Source of the DNA: Acanthaster planci
Lineage: Eukaryota
DNA: 64,000 nucleotides
Reading direction: 5' to 3'
Assembly (NCBI RefSeq): GCF_001949145.1
Contig: NW_019091357.1
Span: 1,514,746 to 1,578,745, forward strand
Position 1 is the stretch's first letter, and every line of letters begins with the position of its first letter. A program made the position numbers and the translations under genes. The notes beneath the pieces were generated by a model, which was not told the DNA's origin, ran no database searches, and saw only the letters and a list, made by a program, of their open reading frames with translations. Positions 1 to 11,100 of this stretch are shown here, in pieces.

Positions 1-169
1 GAAGCCCTTTGAAAACTAGGTTTCCCAGATTCGGGGGAACCTTCAGGCACTTCCGTTTTTCGACCATTACAAACATTTTAGATCCAAACTTGCTCGACCG
101 TAAAAGTGACCCTCACAGCTTGACCGCGTCCTCTGGGCTTGGCCCACGACCAAGGCCTCATCCTCGAAA

Positions 170-313
170 TACGTCACAACCTTCAACGCGCTGTGATTGG
201 TCCCTCGGTCTAACGAGCATGACACGTTCTCCAATCAGAGCGACGTCAAGTAGCCTAATAAGGTGCGTGGGCCTGGGCGCGGCGGGTCACGGCCAATCGT
301 TTTTCTTATAAAG
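170..313 (+). promoter_or_regulatory. TATA promoter with CRE-like, CArG, EGR-like and CCAAT elements for the + strand secreted-protein gene
   Basis: ACGTCA 171-176, ATTGG 196-200, CCAAT 231-235, GACGTCA 242-248, CCTAATAAGG 254-263, GCGTGGGC 265-272, CCAAT 293-297, TATAAAG 307-313. A donor ACG|GTAAG at 393/394 and an acceptor TTTTCTCTCGCTGACAG| at 823/824 imply a non-coding first exon. Confidence 0.6.
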
Positions 314-840
314 TTGGTGGGTACGCACCGGCTGAGAGCACAATCTTCAGCAAACCTATGCACCCAAAGAACTTCATATGTTAGTACTGTACGGTAAGGC
401 TGCTTACTTTTTTTTCTGCACGACTGTACTTTGTGCATTTTTATTTTTGTCACATTTCAGATTTTCTTTGGTGAAGTGAGGATTCATATTAGAGTTCTCT
501 AAGTTTGCTTGGCTGTAAATCAACTCTTAAAAACAATTAAGCTTGCTAACGCTGTGAAACGAATTTCATTTTATGAATTGTATACAACTGACGTGACACG
601 TTACTCGTGGCAATGCGCTGTATGTAACGCAAGAAGTTTCTGTGAACGATTTTTGGGGGACACAACGAAGGCACAAACACGAATGGATGGGGGCTTTCTC
701 TGATCTCGGATTTTTCTTTGGTCATACGCATGTTCTGTGAACTCCGGATATCCGCGCGGGAAAAGGGAAAGGAAGGAAAAACTTTAGCAGAAATATTTTC
801 GATTTTTTTTCTCTCGCTGACAGGAGCTGCAAAAGATAGC

Positions 841-2106
841 ATGGCTTCACGTACACTTCTCTACCTCTCGCTCTTTGCGTTCTGTGTCCTGGTTGCCATG
901 GTAACATTGACAGAGGCCCATGACGTGGACACCGCCGACACGGACCTCCAGCACCGAGTTGAGAGGCGGAGTTTGACCGAGGCACTCCTGGCGACGAGAT
1001 CAGTCAACACCGAGGGAGAGACGGGAGACACGGGCAGGAGAAAGGGTCGACGAGGGAAGAAAGGACGTGGGAAAGGAAAAGGGAGGAGAAAGGGAAGAAA
1101 AAACAAAGGACCACCGCAATATACCGGTAAGTTTACCAACAAGTCGAAAAATTTGTGAGAAACTAGACAAACGCAACAATTTTAGGAGATCACTTATTGT
1201 CGAAATTTCAGAGAGCCTTTTGAAGTACTTCACGTCAATTCTGCTTCGAAAAATGGGTCACAAAAATAACAAGCAAAGTCTGAGTGCGCTAAGCGTGAAA
1301 CTAACCTTTCGAAAAGCGTGAAACTAACCTTTCGAATTTCGTGGCATTCTAAAATCGAAAATGAGGAAAATATAAAGAAACGATGAAAAAAGGATTGAAA
1401 AGATCAATGAACCGCTGATTTATGGTATTCGTATTATGTCTTATGAGATGGCATTTATAATTATCATTTCGATAAATCTATTGTTTTATCGGTAGCTTGC
1501 ATACACCCAGCCAACGGTTTGACATGCACCTGTGACATGAGATTTGAGAAGTTCAAGAATCATCCCGTCAAACAGTACAAATATTACACGATTTGCTAAG
1601 GTAAGGTAGGCGAACTTGACACTTCCCTTAAAATGCAGACAGGTGTATTATCATTTAAATACATACAACTATGCAACCAACAGCAAAACCAGCTATTTGC
1701 AAGGTCCTATCGTTTCTCAGGTTAGTTTATTGGATAAAAAGAACACTCAAAATCGATTTGTTGAAATATTTTGCTTTTATCAAGAGGTCATCAGTTCACT
1801 GACCATAACTTTTCTATTCTTCTCTGTTCTATTTTATACTGAGGTGCGGTACTTTAAGTTTTATCCTTTCGGTGAGCAATACAACGGAGTCTAGCTTTTC
1901 TGCTCGCGTCTAAAAACCAAGGAAGTATGTGCATTTCAAACGTAAGAACTCTCTTTGTAACCTTTCTTTCCCCAGTGATGGCAGAGCTTCCAAGATTGAA
2001 GCGAGGACAGAAGTACCTCGAACGAATGGACAACAAACATCTAGGCCTAAGTCAACAACTAAGTCACAACATAGCTTCATGTTCACATCATGACGGGGGC
2101 GCATGA
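841..2106 (+). CDS. Uncharacterised secreted pre-pro-protein (about 138 aa) with a Gly/Lys/Arg-rich tract
   Basis: Exon 841-1126 encodes a signal-peptide-like MASRTLLYLSLFAFCVLVAMVTLTEA, an acidic segment, RVERR, then RRKGRRGKKGRGKGKGRRKGRKNK. Donor ACCG|GTAAGT at 1126/1127 (phase 1). Best acceptor CTTTCTTTCCCCAG| at 1975/1976 gives VMAELPRLKRGQKYLERMDNKHLGLSQQLSHNIASCSHHDGGA* (stop 2104-2106). The second exon is less certain than the first. Confidence 0.65.
1291..1336. repeat. Tandem duplication of a 23-bp unit
   Basis: AAGCGTGAAACTAACCTTTCGAA twice, head to tail, inside the intron of the + gene. Confidence 0.9.
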
Positions 2107-2924
2107 ACCCACAGCGCGCCTTGCCTGTGGCTTCCAAGGACGATGACGCACAAGGCCCGTGTGCCGTGTGTCAAAGACGACAAGGCCGCCCTGATTTTTC
2201 CCCTGACAAGTACAGTACATGTACAGTATTTGACGCCCAAGTTGAAAAACTGAACAAAGGTAAAAAGAAGAACAACTCGCGGTTGGTTGAAGGCTGGATT
2301 TTTTTCAGAGGATGTAACGAGTCTCCAATTTCAGAACCAAATCGGTCATATGCTCGAATTTGAAAGCATCGTCTGAAGGAAAGCCAACACACAACCAAAT
2401 AATAGGGCCCAAGAGTTGAGGAGAAATGTCGGTACATAACTTCAAGTTCCTCTGTCGCTTCAGTGAAATCCCACAAGACTTCCTGAGTTTCAAATCCTAA
2501 CAGATTATGACTTGCTTCGTAAAGTTTATACTTGTTGACTGCTTTATACCTGTATATTATATTTGTATTAAACCTATTTTCACTATTACGCCTTTGCTGA
2601 AATGTTATTGTTTCATGAGTGGATTTTACTGCTGCTTGACGATAAAAAATGATTTGCACTTTTATTAAGAAACAGAATTTCAAGTAATAACGTTTGCTGC
2701 ATTTATTTTAACAACCAGTTCAGTACAGAGATAATCAATAATTAGTTAATTACAGGAACAGGGAAGAATGAGGAAGCACTAATGACTGTGGGTTGTCGAA
2801 GGCGTGAGTTCAATAAATTGATGGCTGAGATCGAGATAGATAGAAAATGGAATATGGAAGGGCTGCATAGCACCGTGATCAGAATATCGACAAGAACATA
2901 AAATCAGTGCTCTGAAATACGTGA

Positions 2925-2964
2925 TTGCCGAGCTTTCGGTGACTGAGTACCTTCTTCAGGGCAA
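2925..2964 (-). ncRNA. Minimal type I hammerhead ribozyme motif (intact core)
   Basis: Minus strand reads UUGCC-CUGAAGA-A-GGU(ACUCAGUC)ACC-GAAA-GC-UC-GGCAA: stem I UUGCC/GGCAA, CUGANGA core, stem II GGU/ACC, GAAA, palindromic AGCU stem III and a UC cleavage site. Confidence 0.75.
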
Positions 2965-2998
2965 GCAGATTCAGTTCTCAAGGCAGAAGTGAATCTTC

Positions 2999-3038
2999 TT
3001 GCCCTGAAGAAGGTACTCAGTTAACGAAACCTCGGCAA
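2999..3038 (+). ncRNA. Second, degenerate hammerhead motif (inverted copy)
   Basis: UUGCC-CUGAAGA-A-GGU(ACUCAGUU)AAC-GAAA-CC-UC-GGCAA. The core is retained, but stem II has a mismatch and stem III (ACCU) is no longer palindromic. Confidence 0.55.
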
Positions 3039-3889
3039 TCACATATTTCACAGCACTGATTTGATATTTTATTCTTGTAGATAGAAAATGGAGTTCATTT
3101 GAAAACGCATATGCTGCTGCTTTATTATTCATTAATATAACTGCCAAACACTTGCTGCTGTTGAAATGCTACAATGCTGTCCTTAGTTCACGAGATAGAA
3201 CGATTGAATTTTGGTACTTTTTGTGCGTAAAGAAATCGCGAATCTTCCTTAGAATACTGTTGTAAAGACCACGATTTCAATCGACTCTAAGCATCAAAAT
3301 TTATTTCCGTAAATTTGAGATTTTATTTTAGAGATTTTGTAATAAAATACAGTCATATGATGTATGTGTCCTTGCTCTGTGGATGATGTAATGGCATGTG
3401 ACGTCATAAAGTAGTTATCACTGTGTTCGTCCCTCTTAGAAAATCCTGAAGGGACTTTCCCCAGCCTGTAGTTTCATTTACACGTATGTCATAATGTACT
3501 GGTTTCTAGCACTGGAATTTATGGCACTAGGAATTAACAGAATGACGAGACGTGCAGTTTCAAGCTTCTGCGAACACTTACACTGCACATCTGCAACAAT
3601 GGGGAGATACCTCCTGGGGACCACACATAAAACTCGGTGCTGAAGTACAGCAAAGATTTCAATAAGCACGTCAGTTTTCGCTTTTCCCTTTTCCCCGCGT
3701 TTTCAACAACAGAACAAGTACGCTCCAAGGATATTGGAGCCCAGGTGACTTGCGAGGTAACTAAGAAGCCGTTAGAGAAAAATAAAGGCAAGGGGGGCAC
3801 CTTAGAAGGAATGATATCTCATACATATGAACTGCCGTGAACAACAGGGCTGTCTGAAGTCGTCATCATTATCCAATGTTGTTTTTATT

Positions 3890-6735
3890 TCACACCGGAA
3901 ACTTCACGCCCGGATCGTTCTCCGTCGGCACGAGTGGCGCGCCGGGACGTACAGAGCGCCCTCCGTCGACACCCAAGCAGCAGCCGCTTACCATGGCAGC
4001 TGAATCCGAGGCAAGGAATACAATTGCCTTGGCAACCTCCGAAGCCTTGCCAGGCCGACCCAGTGGATGGCGCTTCTTACTCAACTCAATCACCTATTTT
4101 AGATTAGGCACAGGTTTAAGTGGGGCCTATTTTATGTTTCCAAGTTTTTTGGTGCTTAATTTATCGTTTCATTGGCCGGGATGAGGCCAGGATGGCACCT
4201 TAACTGTTGATGTTTGGGTCTGGGGAAAAATCGGAACTAGTCAATGATTTGAATTACCGCAAAGATTTTTTTATGATGTGACAGGGTTAATTAGAATTTT
4301 GAGCATATTGATTTGTGGGGCACTTACATCACAGGGATGGGAGGGGGAAGAGATACGACACGAAGACCAGGCACGACATACCTTGTCAATTTCAGCTCCA
4401 TTTCGGTCGAAAAGTGCCGTCATAGTAGCACCAGGACTGAAAACAAGCAAGGCACGATTTGTTTTTTAAAATAAGGAAAAAACCAAAATACAAAATTTCC
4501 CTCAAAATTGTGTTGCAACCCCTCACCCTCTTTGAAACGAAAAACAGTTTTCGTGTGAAATATCACTTACTTCACAGAATTGACGCGCACCCCCTGTTCA
4601 GCGTATTCTGAAAGTTAAAGATGGGAAAATTGATACTTCAGACCAGATACTACAAGCCAAAAAGCTTTCTCGAAGGCACAAACGTCATTGCTATCATTTT
4701 ATTCATATAGTACATGTACAGGTCAAGTTGAAAAAAAAGGTCTGGAGTTTCAACAGAGCACAGCAGGCTTTGAACATTTGGTGATCATTCAATCAAGTAT
4801 ACCTTCAGATGTGGTGTACGTAAGGCCGTCCATTCCTGCCTTTGACATACTATAGACCAGGCTGCTCGGATGCTGCGGTTTAAGTGCACAAAGAAAAAAA
4901 CTGTCAATCTGAGCTCTTCCTCTTTAAAGTAACCGCAATTTCTCGCGCAATTCTGCAAAGAACATTCCTCCACCTCCCATGAAAAAGTTCTCCTCCATTC
5001 AGCAAATACAGCAGGGATCGAGGTATCAAAATTTATCATGACTCCATGAAAAGATGTCCCTGGATCCAGTTCAACCGATCATTGATTTTTATCTCTTCTG
5101 TCAAAAATGTCTCTCTCCAAGCTTAATCAGGCTGCAGCAATATAAATATCACCTTTACCAGAGAATAAAATTGTAAACTTCCTTATTGGCGTCAATTTTT
5201 GTGTTTGCTAACAGAACGATTTACTTACGGCAGTGATACTAACACAGCTGGAAACATTGACAACAACACCTGGAAAGGAGACCATTACAAGATGTTAAAA
5301 ATCCTGCAATTCCGAGACACTCAAAAACAACAATATTAGGTTGATGTCAAAAAGAAATGGTAATTACAAAACTACGAATGTTAATACCAACCTTTGGATC
5401 GTATTAGGTGTGGGAGGGCAAGGTGTGTTAAGATGAACGGTGCCCTCAAGTTAACACTGAAAATCTCATCAAATTTATCCATGGTGGATGTTTCCAAGGT
5501 TCCTAAATGCGGCTGACCAGCACAGTTTATCTGACAAAATACGAAACAATTACAGCGAAGCAACAGATAATTCAAGTTTCTGTCATAGAGAATGGACGAG
5601 GAACTGTAGATTCCTGCTATTTTGACCGAAATGAGGGGGAGGGTACGAGGGTTACCACCTCGTCGTTACGAATCTACAATAACTGTAAAGTCGTAAAAAT
5701 AACTAGACTTTGAACAACGGAGTGACGTCACAGAAAAAGTTTAACTTCACGTACAGGAAAGATTGTCAGACTGCCAGAGCTGTCTGCTACAGGCCTTCTA
5801 GGGCATCTACTTGGAAAAGTGAAAAAAATACCCCCCCCCCAAAAAAAAAACACAGAGAAAAAGAACTGGACGACGGGAAAACTGGAGTAAACAAGAGAAT
5901 CCTCATGATTATTTTCAGCTTTCAGAAAAAAAGGCGTAATTTACATGTACCACTCACCAAAATATCGAGAGATCCAAAGTGCTCCAATGATTTTTCTACT
6001 ATCTTTTCCAGGAAGGAATCTTCTGTAAGGTCGCCTGGCAACAGCAGGACCTGTGAAGAACATTACGATTGAACTGTGAGAGGTATATCAGGGAGCACTC
6101 AGTTGGGACTCCTCTCGGAATCATCCCAACACTGTTGGCAAAATGACTGTGTTTGGGGTTAGAGAAACTGACTTTGAAAATATCCTGACGTGTCCCACGA
6201 AGATATTTACCTCGAAACAAAGGCTCAAATTGCACAGTTGAGAAGGGAAACGAATGTCTTTTCAGCAAATTTCTCCTAAAATGGCATGGAAACTGCCTAT
6301 ATTCTTTAAAAAAAAAATATGTTTCAGGAATTGCCAAATCCTTTAGTTAAAACCCAAGGCTCACCAAGTCCTCTGCAAGGCCACGTTCGACGCACTGTTG
6401 TTTCACTTTCTGCAGCTTCTCTGCGCTGCGTCCGGTCAGGGAAAGCTGGCAACTCAGTGAAGCTAGCTGAACGGCCGTCTCAGCCCCTATCCCCGAACTG
6501 GCACCTGCAAAATGAACAGATCAAATCCTGGGCCTATAATGATCCATTCACTGCAAATTAGTGAAGGAGCAAAACTTACGTGACGAAAAGCAGAAAAACG
6601 GACACTGTTGCTATTTATATCGTAATTTGGGATGTGTATGACGCTCATTCAAATGATAAAAAAGCATCGCATTGAATTAGCATGTTGTGTGTTCTTACCT
6701 GTAATTAGGGCAACCTTTCTGCTGAATGATCCCAT
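3890..6735 (-). CDS. Classical short-chain dehydrogenase/reductase (FabG-like SDR), about 271 aa, 9 exons
   Basis: Exons (minus): 6735-6699, 6504-6365, 6050-5958, 5530-5392, 5269-5229, 4872-4803, 4607-4571, 4436-4382, 4093-3890. All junctions are GT-AG with consistent phases. Motifs: KVALITGASSGIG (TGxxxGIG), LDILINCAG, VVNVSS, YSMSK (YxxxK), GVRVNSVNPG, HPLGRPG...VDGG. AATAAA follows the stop (3889-3884). Confidence 0.95.
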
Positions 6736-8131
6736 AATCGTGTCCGACCAGTCTGAGAGAAAAAAAAGTCCGGTCCTCTTGTTTCCACCGAAATTACTCG
6801 TTCAACCCTTGCGCAAGTTGTAATGATATAGTTATGCTCAACCCATCCACAGGTCATCATGTATTGGCCCTGAATATTCCAGTAGGTCACCAACCTCATC
6901 CAGATATCACTTTCGTTTTTTGTGATGGTGGGCACATTTTACTGTGCGATGTCACACGACAACAACAGAGAAAAGCCTACCAGCAAGTCTACCTGGTGGC
7001 AGCCAGGCCGGATTTTATATACCGTTGGCCTTACTACAGTGTACTCACTCATAGCCACAAGCACCAATTTCACAGCGCTGATGAGCACTGGAGCCTGGCA
7101 TTAACATTTCATGTTGATTTTAAGCTATGTCAGCTATGTACAATGTACTACATGTAGCTAGTTTTTCCAATATTGAAGGGGGGGAGGCGCTGTGGTATCT
7201 CTCTCGGCCCTCAAATTTTTCGTAGCCCCCGAATTATTTTGCAGGCCTTGGCACAGTGGCTGCTGTGCCCATTGGACAACCCTCCGGTTATAAAAAACAT
7301 TTTGAAGCTGCAGATACAAATTTAGGGTGTAGTTATCTACTGGGAGGAGCCATAATGTAAATTTGCTGGCATGTCAGTCTATCTTTCATGAGGGCAAGCT
7401 GTGCTGTATTACTGGGTTATGTGGTCTGATGGAAAAGAGAGGAAAAGGAAATCTAACACAGTCTGGCATCTCTTGACAGGGATCGGACGTCTTAAAGTGC
7501 AGTTATTGCAATGTCATTGGGAAACAGGTTGCAAAATGGCCAATGTACTGTGAACTAACAAGATATAATCATACTAACTTGAAATTAAAATTCACAAAAT
7601 GATGCAACTCAAAAATCTTTTGATATCGTTCCTTTTCATTAAAAGCTTTTATATTAGTAATGAATTTTTTAATCATGAATGTAAGTCAACTTCCATTGGA
7701 GAATTTGCCAAATATCTGTCAAATATCACGTGGTCAGAAATATCAATACCCTCTGATGAAATAAAAAACAATCATGGTCCGTGTAAGATATCATCGTGGT
7801 ATGCAACAATTATTGATATGATGGGAGCTAGACCCGTAAGAAATGCTGCCTCTCTGCTGTATCTATTAAGGTCTAGATGTATTTATAGCACTGTGACTCA
7901 TCTACTGAGCTGTCGTTTACGACTACAAAGTTAATTATGAGAAGTTGCGAAAGCTCTTGTGGAAACGTATCTGAATCTCCATTCCTAAAAATATATTTTA
8001 ATTAAATGGCCAAGATTTAAAAAAACTTTTTTTAGATTGATAATATTGACTTGTAAGCCGTAAAGTCATCAAAAATCTCGAGTTTGATAATATACAATAT
8101 TTCTGACAATCTGTGTTCTCAGGATGAAATG

Positions 8132-11100
8132 TTATCCATCTCCGATGTCTTGCTTTTTATCCTCCTGTCTATGAGTGTTTGCTTTTTCCATTGTGGATAT
8201 TGTCTTCTCTTCATGTGATTTCCCAAGGGATGCCAGTCTGAGTTTCCGAGACTTCTTGTAATGTCGCTTCGACTTCAAGTGCCCTATTTTGGAAAAGACA
8301 TGCCAAGGGGGCATGAGGTTAACTATCTTGAGGTATTCCAGGCACAGATTAAAAACAGGGGCTCAGGATGGATTGGGAAGAAATAGCTAAACCGAAATCA
8401 AATTAATTTCAAGAAAAAAAAGTAACTGGCATTCTGCTAAAACAGGAGACACCTGCCACAATTTCCAAAGTTTTTGCTTTCATTCCCCATATCCCAATTT
8501 TTTTCAGGCATCTAACATGGTCCTAAGCCTTTGGTAGACTTTCAAATCTTGGCCAACGTCTAAAGTCTTGTCTCATGTACCAAGACTTGTCGCAAGCCTA
8601 CAGTTACAAGACTTTGATCATTCTTTGAGTGTGGGATCAAATTCCAAGTTCCAGGACTAGTCAGAATTAGTATGAAGTCTCGGATTAAGCCTACAATCTG
8701 AGGTAGAAAATCTCAGTCTCTAGAAGAGATTCACATTTTGGCGTTTTTGATATTTGGAAAGAGTAACCCGTCTATTTAATTCCATTTTTTTTTGCAGGAT
8801 CAGAAATATAAAAATGTCATTGTTTTGTTAGCAATTTCAATGATATTTGTGCTCGGTCAGAAATGTTGAAACAATGTTAGAAATAAAGATGCAAAGCTGC
8901 CAGAAAAATGTCACATTATACTTTTACCCAAAATGTTCCGTGTACATATCATTGGAAAGTTCTCTTTCTGCTGAATTCAAACATACCAATATCTCAATTT
9001 TTGAAAATTCCGATTTCCACCTTAATTGTGGTGACAGGACACAATTAGTCTCAAGTCCTTGACTGCGTCTCGACAGATTGGTTAAGGCTCAAGTCAACAA
9101 TTCAGGGGGAAAACAGATCTGAAATCTGACTTGAAAATGGTTACTCACCAAGCCACTGCTGCTTCCCCACAAACACTCTCCCTCCGCAGATATCACAGAT
9201 GTGCCTGACAGAGGCATCATCCGAGGGCCTCCCTACTTCAGGCTCCAGGGGTGCCACAGGAGGTTCCTTGCCCTGCAGACAAACATCAAAGAAGACATCC
9301 TCACAAAAAGCATCTACTTTATTTGCATGGTTTGAAATGCTCCAGTGCAAACTCTTCAGTGGCTCTCTCGTGCTCTCTGCAAAGCTTTGTCATTTTAATT
9401 TGTAATGCTTTCAAGCTCAGCGTTCAACTCTGAACGGTGCAGCCCCAGTCCGACTCACCTCCTGGATGGCTTCGATTATGGCCAGGGATGGCCGGAGAAC
9501 CTTCTCATCCCATGATGCAGGGTCAGTGGAATCCACGGCATACACCGCAGGTACATTGCTTCCAGGCCCTGCCGAGAAAAATGCAATAGAAGTCACATCA
9601 AAAAGAGAGGTTATGCAAAGATGTTGATCTATTTTGCTGTTAAGAGAAATTTCATCAAAACCAGTAGCAGAGCTACCAAAGGAATGAAGGTTGGGAAAAA
9701 ATCAATTGATGGAGAAAAATCTAGACCCACATGAATGAATTTGAAGGACTTTCAGATACTTGGACATAAAAGCTAAACCTCTGAAACCTTTCATTAAATT
9801 GCAAAAAAATGAAGTCTTCATAAATTGGGTAATTTCTGAAAATGACCCAACTGTAGCTTATTAAACTCACGTCTAACAAATCTATTTTTGATCCATCTGA
9901 TTTGCCTGCGTGCATACTGCCTGGTCGCCATCTTCAGCTTCTCAATCCCCTCCCCAAGAAGGTTCTTAGCCATCTCTGTCTCCCGCTGTTGTTCTGGCAA
10001 GATGAGGTAGGAATGGAACTCCTTGAATCCTATGGACTGGAAGATCCCTTGGGTGTATAGGCTCTCACTGACAAGAGTTTGAGGAAACCAAACCAAAAGG
10101 AGCTTTGAAAAATAGACTTGAGTAATTTTTGTTATTCAGCAGAAGTTCCCCCCCCCCAGAAGTCAAAGAATGAGATGGACTTGGAATTGCTTTTACATCG
10201 ACAATGTGGATCTGATCAACACTGGATCGTATGTTCAAGTCGAACCATCCCAATTTGAACCAGAGTAAGGTCATGCTGAATTTCAGGCAGATGGCTGTGG
10301 TCATTTGCGGAGAATGACATCCAACTTATTTTACCCTTTATTTCTCTGTTCCTGTGCTATAAAGCCCCCTATTACAGCCACAAGGTCAAAATACTCCAAG
10401 GAACGAGAGCAGTATTATGACTCCATCAAACCGCCCTCATCCACGCATGTTTTTTACTCGGAGTATTCTTGTGGTAGAACTGAACTCTCAAAAGATGAAT
10501 TTTTTTTATAAATGCGAAGAGAAGCTACCACATTAGTCATTTCACGGGAATTAATAATTGGTTCCTGTTTAATAATCTTTTTCTCATAAAAGCAATGTGA
10601 TTGATCTTTAATCTTAGAAGTGTCAACGTCAACGTCAACGTACTGCATTCAAAGAGGCCTAGGAAAGCCAGTACACACAGAATTATCAAGCGTAATATCT
10701 TGAAATGGTGGAAATATTATTTTGTGAATCACAACAATTGTAAGATTTAGCAGCTATTATTTTTAATTGCGTGATACAAAATTGACACAAGTCTCAAGAT
10801 ATCTCTTCCTACTATACTGTCAGCAACCTACCTATCTGCTTGAGTTTCTACTCTTTGACGGTTGTACTCGCGATGAAAATCAGACAGTTCATCCAGAAGA
10901 CCCCTGCTCAGCATGTCATCGACTCTTACATCCAGTCTCTGATCCAGTGCTGAAGATAAAATAACACAAAGGACTCATGGGCCAAAGCTGGATACAGATT
11001 GAAGAACTAAGTGAAATGCCAATGTGAGCTTCATCCAGGAAGGCTTAACACGAAAGAAAGAGTACTTCTAGCAAAATCTGAATTTGGTGTCTAGAGGCAG

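Larger units (their letters stand above)
2852..3077. mobile_element. Small TSD-flanked palindromic insertion, probably a Penelope-like element (pLTR) relic
   Basis: 15-bp direct repeat TAGATAGAAAATGGA at 2837-2851 and 3078-3092. Long imperfect inverted repeat about 2890-2978 versus 2985-3078, each arm carrying a hammerhead motif. Confidence 0.7.

Noticed and set aside
718..1158. 146-aa single-exon ORF from the ORF track
   Set aside because: It starts inside the intron upstream of the 823/824 acceptor and reads through the strong donor at 1126/1127. The spliced model from ATG 841 fits better.
2095..2146. Neuropeptide-like ending C...CGFQGR* (disulfide plus amidation signal) for the secreted protein
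   Set aside because: It needs one G fewer in the GGGGG run at 2095-2099. As given, the frame stops at 2104-2106. Only raw reads could revive this idea.
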